64,000 bases of DNA from Gnetum montanum (Eukaryota; Plantae; Gnetophyta). The notes beneath the pieces were generated by a model. It did not search any database, was not told the origin of the DNA, and worked only from the letters and a program-made list of their open reading frames with translations. Within the stretch, counting starts at the first letter, position 1. Each line of letters opens with the position of its first letter. The translations under genes and the position numbers were made by a program. Where the stretch lies: the NCBI GenBank assembly GCA_015680685.1, contig MNCI01000181.1:62001-126000 (forward strand). The letters run 5' to 3'. Positions 53,601-64,000 of the stretch are shown one piece after another.

Positions 53601-55337
53601 TATAATGATGGAAAAATTCAACGCCAAAAGAACCAAAAATTCCTATGCAAAACAATTTGACTTCAAGATCCATGGGCCTCAAAAAGGATCTAGAGAGCCT
53701 CAAACAATTTTGTTAATTACTTGAGGACTTAAAGGTTTGTTACTGATCAATAAAAATGAAGGAAAACAAGCGTAAATGTGTAAATACAAAGTCAAATCCA
53801 ATGTTGATACTAAGACAAAAATAGAGCAAAATGATATGGCTAAGAAAATAAAACTACAAATTTTATAATAAATACTACAAATAATAGTTGTAATAGGTTT
53901 TAAATTGTTCAAATTAGGGTTTTCACAGCACAAGAATATAAAATATATTCAAAGCTTGGTATAGGAGGCAAGGTGTGTTCCACACTATCTACACAGATCT
54001 CCTAAATTGATCTACACTAAGGTGATTGCAACTAAAGATTTGGCTATTTTGGTAATCTAAACTAGTGGTGAAGGCTATGGACTTTTAAATTTTTACTTTG
54101 CTTCAAAAGTCTCAAGTTTGGTTGAAAGCAGAATCATACAAAAGTCCTGAAAATGATGTAAACTTTGATTTAAATAGGCCATACATCTATTGATTCTTTG
54201 CTAGCTTAATTTTGGTTAATTTCTAGAAACTTTTTGACATTCCCTACAACATTTTTTATGCTTTTGATGATCAAAATCTGCAATATGTGGCATACTAACG
54301 TTTTTGACTTTTTGGGCTAAAATACCAACATGTGTAGCACTTTTTTACCATCCAAAATTGTAGCATGTGGGCCACCAACGTGTGGAGCTTTTCCTACCAA
54401 TTTTGAGGATGTATTGAGGCTATTTTCATGGCCCAAATTCCCATGTGTAATGCACCAACATTTTTGTCTTTTTCTACCAAATTTTGGTAGTGTATTAACA
54501 TTTTGGACATCCACATGTTGGCATAAATGAAATTCTAGCTTGTGGGCTACAAATTTCATTTTACACATCAAAGAAATATCCAAAACTTTGTAAGAACAAG
54601 GCCATAGGGTAGGATTTTTTATGAGAAAATAAGCCAATTATATCTTCATTTAAATTTCCATTAAATTTTAATGTAAATATGGCTTTAAGGCTTCTTATTT
54701 GTCACATGAATTTTCTTTGAGATGTTTTGTGACATCCCATCCCTAGATGTTATGGCAAACGTCAAATATAAGATATATAAGACATTATGCATAAGAAGAA
54801 AATATACCAATGTGAAATATAAGTGATATTCAACATTATGTATAAAAAAATAATAGAAAAAATATAGAAAAAGAAAGAAAAGAATGCTTTATTGATATAG
54901 AAAAGTGTATCTAGATTGTGCTCTAAGAGTGTTCCTTGGGGTTTTCTTCCTTTGGCATCCATCCCTTAGAGGTAATCCAACACTTCCACCATGATTAGGC
55001 CTATAACTTGACCAGAAGGGATGGCTAGTCCACTTCCTGTCCTGATTCACCCAACTTCCTGTGACTTGCCTATACTGCCTTTGCCACCCCATGACTTGCC
55101 TGTACCAGCTTTGCCATTCCATGCTGGCACAACCTCTAACCCTGGGTATAAATGCCTTCAGTCAAACCCCCAAAGGTTATCTTAAGAGACACGTCTATTA
55201 TTACAACATGCCCTTTTGGGTCTTAATCACAACTACCCTTTCAGGTCTTGTTAAGATTACAATAACACTTAATATGAAGAGATACCATCTTCATTAGGCA
55301 ACCACATCCTTTGGAAATGGGGATGTGACATGTTTCA
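53601..55337 (-). repeat. 5' LTR of element C (~1130 bp plus nested solo LTR)
   Basis: Terminus TGAAACA at 55337-55331; decayed end at 53601 next to the PBS; homologous to 885-1412. Confidence 0.85.
54728..55330. mobile_element. Solo LTR (603 bp) of an unrelated LTR-retrotransposon family, inserted at the very start of the C 5' LTR
   Basis: Inverted termini TGTGACATCCC...GGGATGTGACA; exact TSD TGTTT at 54723-54727 and 55331-55335. Confidence 0.9.
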
Positions 55338-56033
55338 ATTATGGAGACATCTCCCACATAAGAAATGTCTTTCTTGTAGGTTGGATCTTACCAGGAGACA
55401 ACCCTGGGATGTCAAAGATGATTTGTATGGCTAGGGAAACTTCTAGAATTGTTATTCTAATTCTGAAAATAGCCAAGAGAAGGTAGAAAAAAATAGAAAC
55501 ATTATGGGAACTCCAAGTTGAGCTTGAAGAAGATTTCTTAAGGTTTTTATCTTAGGCTTCTAATAAAAATGTATTTTATTTCATACATGGAAGAAATAGA
55601 GAAGAGGGAAGATTTCATGTAAGCTCTTATGTTAAGTTTGGACAAGAATGGAAAAGAAAGAATATTGAATGAATGCATAGGTGTTGCAACTCCAAGGTCA
55701 ATTATGTTGCATATTAGCTGGTGTATTCTAATATTACTTATAAGTTGATCTCTTAGTCCTAGGTTATGGAAGAGTCTCTCTATCGATTATATATTTCTTT
55801 AAGAACAACGATTATATCGTTGTAGAGCCTCATGCTCTATAATATTATTTGTGTTTTGGAGAGATTTTGCATGGTTATTGGGTTTTAGAAACCCTATTGT
55901 AATCTTCTCTTGAATAATTAAAGATAGCTAGTTTTCTCATTTTAAAAAAAATTAATTATCTTTTCAAGATATTTGTATTTAGTATTGTAAGGTGATTTTA
56001 ATATTAGAGTGGAGCTAATCCATTGGTGCAACA
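55338..56033 (+). repeat. Distal ~690 bp of the D 3' LTR (now inverted relative to the rest of D)
   Basis: Reverse-complement homology to 8010-8665 and 6392-6413; ends ...GGTGCAACA; begins where the 1413-1692 piece stops. Confidence 0.8.
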
Positions 56034-56283
56034 CGATGGCTAAAGATTGAAGAATCTAATTATTGGAATTTCTTAAGGTGTTGTAATACTTGCATCCATC
56101 TTATATAAAGGTCAAGTCTAATTTTTTCATAATGTTTAACCCTATGCCTTTCTTCTTGTTATAACTAATGAAATAATTGAAGGAGCATAATGCTATGGTG
56201 TGTTTGCTAGTTCAAGTTCTAAGATTAATTAAGAAATTAATGGTAATAAAAGTAATTAAGAAGGAGATAATCAAGAAAATTCA

Positions 56284-57431
56284 TGTGGATCGAGAACTTA
56301 GAAGGGGGTTTGAATAAGTTTCCCAATTGAAATTACACCTATCACTCAATAACACCAAATTTTACGTGGTTCTCCAAGTTCAATACTACCACACTCAAAG
56401 GGTAGAGTTTGTGCACACCTCTAGACTTTGTTTCTCAAAAAAATGTGGTTTGAAAAGAATCATAGCCTGTACAATCTTTGAGCTCTACACTGAAGCATTT
56501 TTTCACTACGAAACCACTAGACCCTACAAGGTCCCAACAAGCTTCGTATGTGATTTCAAGGATCCCATAACCTTTATAAATTTGAGCTCTACTACGAAGT
56601 ATTTTGACATTGTAAAATTATTCAATCTTGCAGGATCCTGAAAAGCTCAATGAGGATGCATTCTCACAAGAAGTGCATCAATTCTAAGAAAAATAAAAAC
56701 ACATAAGGAAAGAATGTAACTAAATTTACAAGTCCTTATCATTAAAGCTCAATACAACATACAACTAAGCAAATGATGTTACAATGAAGTGCAAGAATAC
56801 AAAAGCATACATAAGATAATGATTGATCTAATGTGAATAGTGGTTGCACAATTTTCAAGAATTTGGTATCTTCTTATAGCCTTAAAGTTTTCAAAAACTC
56901 CTTGGAATTCATGCAATGACTACCCAACAATTAGCATAGACATCTTCTTTAAAGTTAGGATGTCTACTTGAGATTGGTCTTAATTCAGTAGAGATGTCTC
57001 ATTGGAAAATGGGACATCTTCTATGGAACATCTTTGGGGAAATGTCTACTCCAGGATAGAGACATCTATTGTTTGAGGGAGATTTCTATCTTTGTTTTTG
57101 TTTAATGCAGTAGAGACCGCTACTATTTTTATGGGACAACTTCCCAAATTTTAAGCTTTGTCTTCTAAGGCTTTCTCTCATTAATTTGCCTTCTTGTCAA
57201 TCCTTAGAACATCTTCATTTGGTTTATAGCCTTCATTTTCATCCATTCTTGTCCATGTTCCCATTTTGATCCATGTAGTCTTTACTTTATCTTCTCATTA
57301 TAGATCTTATCTCCTTGAGTTCACGTATCTCATTATGGAGTTCTTATTCATGTCCTGCAAACACATTATCCATAACAAACATTCTATATTCTCCATTTTC
57401 CTTAAGGTTTTGACATACCAAAAGGTCAACA
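56284..57431 (-). repeat. 3' LTR of the SIRE-like element (~1150 bp)
   Basis: Bounded by the PPT and a SIRE-type terminal motif; left boundary approximate. Confidence 0.75.
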
Positions 57432-57659
57432 ATCTCCCCATTTTTTGTGATGTCAAAAAATTAAGAAAATGGGTTAGTAGTTTCAAAAGAAATGTATATG
57501 TATCCTTGTCATCTTCCACTTTTTGGATAGAAACAAAATGGGTTGGAAATACTCCCCCTAAACAAGTGTAAGAAAAAAAAGTTATAAATAGATATTTTTA
57601 TTGTTCTTGTATTTTAATAGCCTAGAGTAACTATGTCTTATTGAACATTTAAAAGTAAA

Positions 57660-59842
57660 AACTTACTTAATAGGATAGGGTCCTATCCCCATATCTTTGT
57701 AGAGAGTAGTGAGTCGTTTCTCATCGCAAGGTTTGGTGAAAGTGTCTACAAGTAGATTTTTTGTTCCAATGAATTCTATCTTAATATGTACATGTTGAGT
57801 TTGTTCTCATATAAAGTGATGTCAAATTTCAATGTGTTTGGCATGGGAATGTTGGATTAGATTCTTTGTGATATTGATGAAGCTACTGTTCTCACAATAG
57901 ATTGGTGTGGATTGGGATTTTACCCCTAAGTCCCTAAGTGTTTCTTTCATCCATAAGAGCTAGTCACAATAGCTTCTAGTTAAAATGTATTTGTCTTCTT
58001 CCATAGAAAGTGTTATGGAAGTTTGAATTTTGGTTATCCAAGAGATAATACTTTTTCCTAGAAAAAAGAAATTTCCACTTGTGCTTCAACAATCATCTAA
58101 ATAACCTACCCAATCTACATCATAATATCTAGCAAGATCAAGTCAGGAATCCCTTGGATACCAAAGGCCCCAATTAGTAGTACCCTTTAGATAATGAAAA
58201 ATATGTTTAACCATCTTTGAGTAGGATTCTTTTGGGTTAGCCTGATATCTAGTATAAATTCCTATACTTAATGCTATGTCTAATCAATTAGTAGTTAAAT
58301 AAATTAGGCTACCTATCATACCTCTATAAAGCTTGTGATCAACAGGTTTTTCTTGATCATATTTGGTAAGCTTAAAATTTGGTTCCATATGAGTGTTCTT
58401 AACCTTAACTTCTCCCAAGTTGAATTTCAATAGTAGATCTTTGACATATTTGGTTTGAAAAATGAAGGTTCCATCTTTTGTTTGATTAATTTGAAAGTCA
58501 AGAAAGTTTTTGAGCTCTTCCATCATGCTCATTTTAAATTTTGATTACATAAGATTTGAAAACTTCTTGCATAGAATTTCATTAGTGGCACCAAAAATAA
58601 TATCATCAACATAGATTTGAACTATAAGTATATCATTACCTTCTCATATAAAAAATAAAGTAACATTAGCCTTCTTGAGAAAATCTTCCATACCAAGCTC
58701 TAGGAGCTTGTTTAAGCCGATGGAAAGCCTTCTTGAGCCTGTAAGAATGACCAAGATTAATGGGATCCACAAATCCTTTAGGTTGTTTAACATATACTTC
58801 TTATATGGTCAAATTTAGAAAGACACCTTTTCACATCCATTTGATATACTTTGATATTTCTAATACTAGCATATGTCAAAATAATTCTAATAGATTCAAG
58901 TCTAGTAACAGGAGAAAAATTCTCATCAAAATCAATTCGTTCATGTTGATTATAGTCTTTTGAAACTAATCTAGCTTTATTTTTAATGATATTTTCATTA
59001 TCATCAATTTTGTTCCTAAAGACCCATTTTTTCCCAATAATTAGTTTATGGCATGGTTTAGGTGTCAATTCCCATACATCATTCTTAGTGAATTGATTTA
59101 GTTCATCTTACATAGTAGAAATTCACCCTTCTTCTCATTCTTCTTCTTTAAAGTTTTTGGTTTCTAGTTGTGAAAGATATGCTACATAGACACAAATTTC
59201 CTTAGTTTGACTTCTAGTATGAATACCATCTTGAACTGTCCAATTACATCATTGAGAGAGTATGTTTTACTAATTCTAGAAATTTTAGGTTGAGTTGGTG
59301 ATATCTCCTCAAGTTCATTCTCATGGTCTTCCTCATGTTCACTGTCTAATTCTGAATTTATGTCAATTTGTACTTGTGAGACACTAGGAAACTTTTTAGT
59401 GGGAACAATTTCTTCATTAGTTTGTAAAGAAGTAATATCACTATCATCAATTTTAACATTAATAATTTCTTCTACCATATTTTTTCTCTTGTTGAAGACT
59501 CTTTATGCTTTACTAACGAAGGAATATTCTAAGAATATGCCTTCATCAATTTTAGGATAAAATTTTCTTAAGATATCTTTATCATGGACAATATACCATT
59601 TAGAATCAAAGACATAGAAATAACCTATTGAAGGTTTTCTACCATTCCATAATTCATAGGGATTTTTAGAGGTAAACCTTCTTAGTAGAACTCTGTTGAA
59701 TATGTAGCAAGTAGTGTTAATTACTTTAGCCCAAAAGTGATAAGAAAGACTTTGTTCATTCAATATAGTTCTTTCCATTTCATTCAAGATTCTATTCCTT
59801 CTTTCAGCTACATCATTTTTTTGAGGAGTTCTTGTAGCAAAG
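57660..59842 (-). pseudogene. pol: Copia pol fragment (INT-RT-RH)
   Basis: ORF fragments 59503-59787, 58787-59068 and 58284-58532 carry Copia motifs. Confidence 0.9.
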
Positions 59843-60618
59843 TGACAAGCGGCAAGGTATCACTACGCTCAACCATACGAATACAAGCGTACATGCACGA
59901 TCTGGTCAAATTCCAAGGACTAAGTGCTTATGTGCCTTTGTGGAACAAGGATGGGTTGATTAATTATTTTCTTTCCAAGCTTACTTGTATAGCATGATTG
60001 TATGGTTAAGTAACCTTGAGGTACATGATTTTTATAGTTTTTATGTTTTTATGTCCTAGTGCTACAAATGGAGGAGAGAGATAACTAGGTAACTAATTTT
60101 AATTTAATTACTCAACTATGCTTTAACTAGTCCTAACACCAGCATCCATTCTCACTTATTGTACACATCCTGAACCAGTGCAACACTACTAGTATTATCA
60201 AACGCTAATCGTTACTGGGTTACCAAGTGTTACACACATGCTCGAAGTGATCGTACTAAGTGTGCTTACTTAGGAGAGTTGCAAGGTGAGAGAGAGAACA
60301 TTAATTAACTAAGGAAATTATTAAGTAATAGTAATTAACATTAATTAATCTATTCTAAATGTTGCAAGGTTTATCACAAAGTTCATTTTTTATTGCCATA
60401 CATAAGGTGTGCTCATGTACACAATGCTCAAATAAAGATCCGTTCACTTTATGAATCCTACTACGAGCACTCAAAAATAATTCTCTATCTAGAAATGGAA
60501 AAAGGCAAGAGTTTGGGTAAGGGACTAAGACTAACTATGCAAACCAAGTGCACCCGCCTCTTATTTATAGGCAACGAGGCAAGCTCTGATATCACGTACA
60601 CGATATCGCAGTTCATCA
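59843..60618 (-). repeat. 3' LTR of element G (776 bp)
   Basis: TGATGA...TGTCA (minus strand) termini; preceded by PPT. Confidence 0.8.
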
Positions 60619-62599
60619 TACCCCCACAACTAAATGAAAACTCATCCTCAAGTTCCTTACAAAATATTGGGAAAGTATAGGATTATTGACTGAATAAGAA
60701 TTGATAGTGACAAGAAATAACAAACTCAAAGTGCTTGGTGAATAGATCAACAAACATATTACAACATTGATGTTCATGCCCTTTGTGATGAACACTATAC
60801 ATAGATGACATCTAGACCCTCATCCAATAGCTTGAAGAGAGAGTAAAGAAAATGGGGCATGTTGCTGCTGACATTGTGATTATGCCTTCCATTGTTTATC
60901 CATAATCACATGACCAAACTTGTTCCTAGCATAAACACTCTAGCTCCAATCCATCCCGAGTGCTTCCTCCTATCCTAGTCCATAGTTCGTGTAATCGCCA
61001 TCTACACACACAACATAGTTACGAATGAGCAAGGATAAGTAAACCATAATGCAGTTGATACCTTGCCTCGATATAAAGGGCATTGGTTGGGTTTTGGTTA
61101 TGGCAGAAACTAGGTTAGAGGTTTATCACTGATAACTACCCAAGGTGTAGGGATGATACAAGTAGTAGAATGGAAAATTTGTGACAAGGCTGCCATGACT
61201 AAGAGCGAACCTCTGATAGAAATAGGGTGGAAAAGTATAGGGAACAAGAAAAATGGGAAAAATAACAATGGTGATGCCAATAAAGTGGATGTCATAGATG
61301 GGGATGAAATGAGAAATTTCTAATTACAAGAAATGTTTAAGGAGAAGAATTTATCAATTGCACCATATAGGAATGTCAGTGGGTCCTCCCCAAAGTAGGC
61401 TCATGCCCTTTACGCCCTAACCAAAGAGTCCATAGGCTCGAGCAATGACATCTGGAAACATTGGTTAAAGATTGACCCATAAGAATTTACCAAATAATAA
61501 CAATGCATCAACCAGGAGATAGACTAATCATAAAACCAGCAATGAGGTGGAAAATGAAAAGAAAGATGGAGAGTAGTAAATGGAATGGAATCCCAAGAGC
61601 AAGGTTGTGTAAAGTCCCTTATGTATTTTATGGTTAAGGTGACTAAGTAGAACTCATTCCAAATCTGGACTCAAACCAACCACATTCAGTGACCTTGCAT
61701 CAATACACTTAGTCAATCCATCCCCTTGAAGCAACAAGAATGCTTCCCCAAAGAGTCACCACCATTCCAAGGAGAGCAAGATGGAGAAGCAAGAAGCTAG
61801 AAAGAGCCTTAGTTAGAGGGAATCTTCAGGCATGGGTAACATATCTTTCTAGTGCAATAACTAGTGCTTGTAGCCCACTATTTCTTTATTATGTCTAAGG
61901 GGTGTGCTTTGAATTATTTCCAATTTTTTATTTTTATTTTTTGCGTGAGAACCACACCATGCAAAGACTTATTTGATTTATTTGACTTCATGATGTTTGG
62001 TCATTAGTGGAATGGAGGAGAACCCATGAAAAGCATCCAAGTACCCAAGAGAATAGCTAGCACATGTACATTGAATCCCCTTGAAGTCACACCCTTTTCA
62101 ACCATTGAATCCTTCCTTGATTTGAAGAATACAAAGCCACCAATTCATTAATAAGTTTATTTAGAAAAAGGGACAGTACAGTTTCAAAACCAAGGGAGAC
62201 CATAGAGTTGAATGGAGGAATGGATGGTGTGGACTCATTACCTATTTTATCAAAAGAACCATATCATAGTATCAACATTGAAAATCAAAGGCAAAAACCC
62301 AACATTAACAATCAACACCATTATATTACAATCCACCATCATGAGCACTTATTGTATGATGAATGAAAGTAAATCAAACAAAGAAATAGAAAAATATGTC
62401 AACGATGGTGTAAAAAAATTTGAAAACAAATATGTAAAAAAAATACAAAAAAAGGGAGCTGAGGGCTTAGAATGGTTAGCATTGGTGGCCATCTCCCCCA
62501 TGACTGAGTTGGAAGAAGGAGATCCAAAATAATGAGCAGGGTTGTCCACCAACAAAGGTAGTATTGGTACTAGCTATTCTAAGCTCATGGAAAGGTTTG

Positions 62600-64000
62600 G
62601 TTTATTGGATGTTGACCAACAATTTCTTATTCGGGTTCTCAGGTCTGTAAACCATCATGGCCCTTGAAGGAAAAGTTGAATAAATGATATAAGGTCCTTC
62701 CCATAGCATTTTAAATTTAGTTCATTATGGCACGTGTGTGGGATTCTAGTACATAACCTTATCTCCTGGTTGATATTTAACTTTCCTAATTTTTAGGTTA
62801 TGATGTCATTTATTAAAGTCCTTGTGCAATTCATTAGATGACAAGGCAACTAATCAGTTCTCATCTAGTAAGTTAAGGATCATTAACCATTTTTTTTGTG
62901 CTAGATCAAGGTCAAGGTTGAGATCACATGCCATAGATAATGTATGAAGTTCTACTTGAATGGGAAGCATTGGAAGTTTCTCGTACACTAACTCATAGGG
63001 AGAGTAGCCTCTAGGGAGTTTCCATGTGGAGTGGTATGCCCAAAGAGCATCATTCAATTTTGTGCTCCAATCTCTCCTATACTTGCTAATAGTTCTTGTC
63101 AATATTTTCATAATCTCCCTATTGGTGATCTTGGCTTGACCATTCGCTTGAGGGTGGTATGGAGTAGTCAATTTGTGTTCAACCCTTAAGCGTTGCATCA
63201 GCTTCCAAAATGTTGCACCTGTAAAATGTGTTCCATTGTTAGAAATAAGTGCACGAGGCATGCCAAACTTGTTTATGATTTGTTGTTGAACAAATCGTGC
63301 AGCTCTAGATGATGTACAATCCCCAAAAATGGCTAATTCTGCCCATTTTGTAAAGTAGTCAATAGCAACAATGATGTAAGCTTTTCCATTGGACATTGGT
63401 GTAATGAGCCCAGTAAAATCAATTCCCCATATGTCAAAAAGTTCTAAAGGTTGAATCCATTGTTGTAGATCCTCCATTCTAGCAGTCATTCTCCCATCAT
63501 GTTGACAGTGTTCACAAAATTGGATGAAATGATGGACATCCTAAAATAATGTAGGCCAATAATATCCTACAAGTAGGATTTTAATGGTTGTTCGTCTCCC
63601 AGCATAATGACCCCCACAAGGACCCTTAGGAGCATCTTGGAGAACTCGCAGTTGATTTATATTAGGAATGCACCATCCAACCAAGCCATTAGGACATACT
63701 TTATAAAGTTTCCCATTGATCTCCATAAAATACTTAGCTCAATGAAGAAAATGTTGTTTCTTCTTAGCATCTAACTCTTGTGGTGGTTGTTGTGTAAGGA
63801 GATAGGTCAGAATACTACTATACCAATTTTTTTCCATGGTCAATTGACTAGTTACTACACCTACAAAGAGGAGTTCATCAGGGAAGTGATTAGAAATTGG
63901 ATACTCATCCTCTTTGTTGTCCCATCGTAACTAACATAAATGATCAACAACTATGTTCTCGATGCCTTTTCAATCAATCATTGTAAGATCGAACTCTTGT
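62600..64000 (-). pseudogene. pol: RNase H end and integrase of G
   Basis: ORFs 62854-63489 and 63541-63726 with rve core and zinc-finger motifs. Confidence 0.9.

Larger units (their letters stand above)
37480..55337 (-). mobile_element. Element C: older Tat element of the same group as A (5' LTR, gag-PR, 8-kb spacer, RT-RH-aRH-INT); 3' UTR and 3' LTR not contiguous
   Basis: 5' LTR 53601-55337 starts TGAAACATC once the nested solo LTR is removed; PBS TGGTGCTAGAAGGAGG at 53580-53595; gag ~50700-52700; PR 'VHVDDGVAMNVI' at ~49760-49790; pol 37480-40940. Confidence 0.9.
56284..59842 (-). mobile_element. Ty1/Copia element, SIRE/Maximus-like: 3' LTR, RH, RT and 3' half of INT; interrupted by G
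   Basis: INT 'PYELWNGRKPSIGYF...KIDEGIFLEYS'; RT 'KWVFRNK...KNKARLV'; 'YRGMIGSLIYLT'; RH; PPT AAAAAATGGGGAGAT before TGTTG at 57431, second PPT at ~57551-57560; LTR end motif TAGAAGGGGGTTTGAATA at ~56299. Confidence 0.88.
59843..64000 (-). mobile_element. Element G: Athila-like Gypsy, 3' part (RH end, INT, ~2-kb 3' region, 3' LTR); runs off the window
   Basis: RH 'QEFDL...ENIVVDHL' joined to INT without aRH; INT 'CGGHYAG', 'FDIWGIDF', 'YHPQANGQA'; PPT GTTGTGGGGG at 60621-60630; LTR 59843-60618 inserted just upstream of the Copia INT 'RTPQKN' motif. Confidence 0.88.

Noticed and set aside
60620-62600. Env-like ORF in the 3' region of Athila G (ORFs 61110-61295, 62212-62532, 62349-62555)
   Set aside because: Short low-complexity ORFs without recognisable motifs
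1-64000. Assigning a host species
   Set aside because: The element lineages indicate a land plant, probably a seed plant, but nothing in the window identifies the taxon

Overview
Plant heterochromatin made almost entirely of nested, decayed LTR retrotransposons; I found no intact host gene, RNA gene or CRISPR array. Nesting was reconstructed by eye from LTR termini, PBS/PPT and 5-bp target-site duplications (TSDs). An old chromovirus (D, minus strand) has LTRs hit by three insertions: a Tat-type solo LTR (6419-8009), a pol-less Athila-like element (B, 8671-36984) and a Tat element (C, ~37.5-55.3 kb). B contains the youngest element, a full-length 17.35-kb Tat/Ogre-like element (A, 16223-33573). 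At the right end a SIRE-like Copia is interrupted by a second Athila (G). Main discovery candidate: both Tat elements have gag-protease separated from RT-RH-aRH-INT by a 5-8 kb spacer. That spacer holds a homologous antisense multi-exon gene (~950+ codons, at least 6 short GT-AG introns in A, three intron positions/phases matched in C), apparently nested in an Ogre-like sense intron. Second: the two halves of one D LTR, and the LTRs of C, lie ~54 kb apart in opposite orientation with a matching TSD, implying an inversion of at least 36 kb or a misassembly. All alignments and identity estimates are manual; no database search was run.
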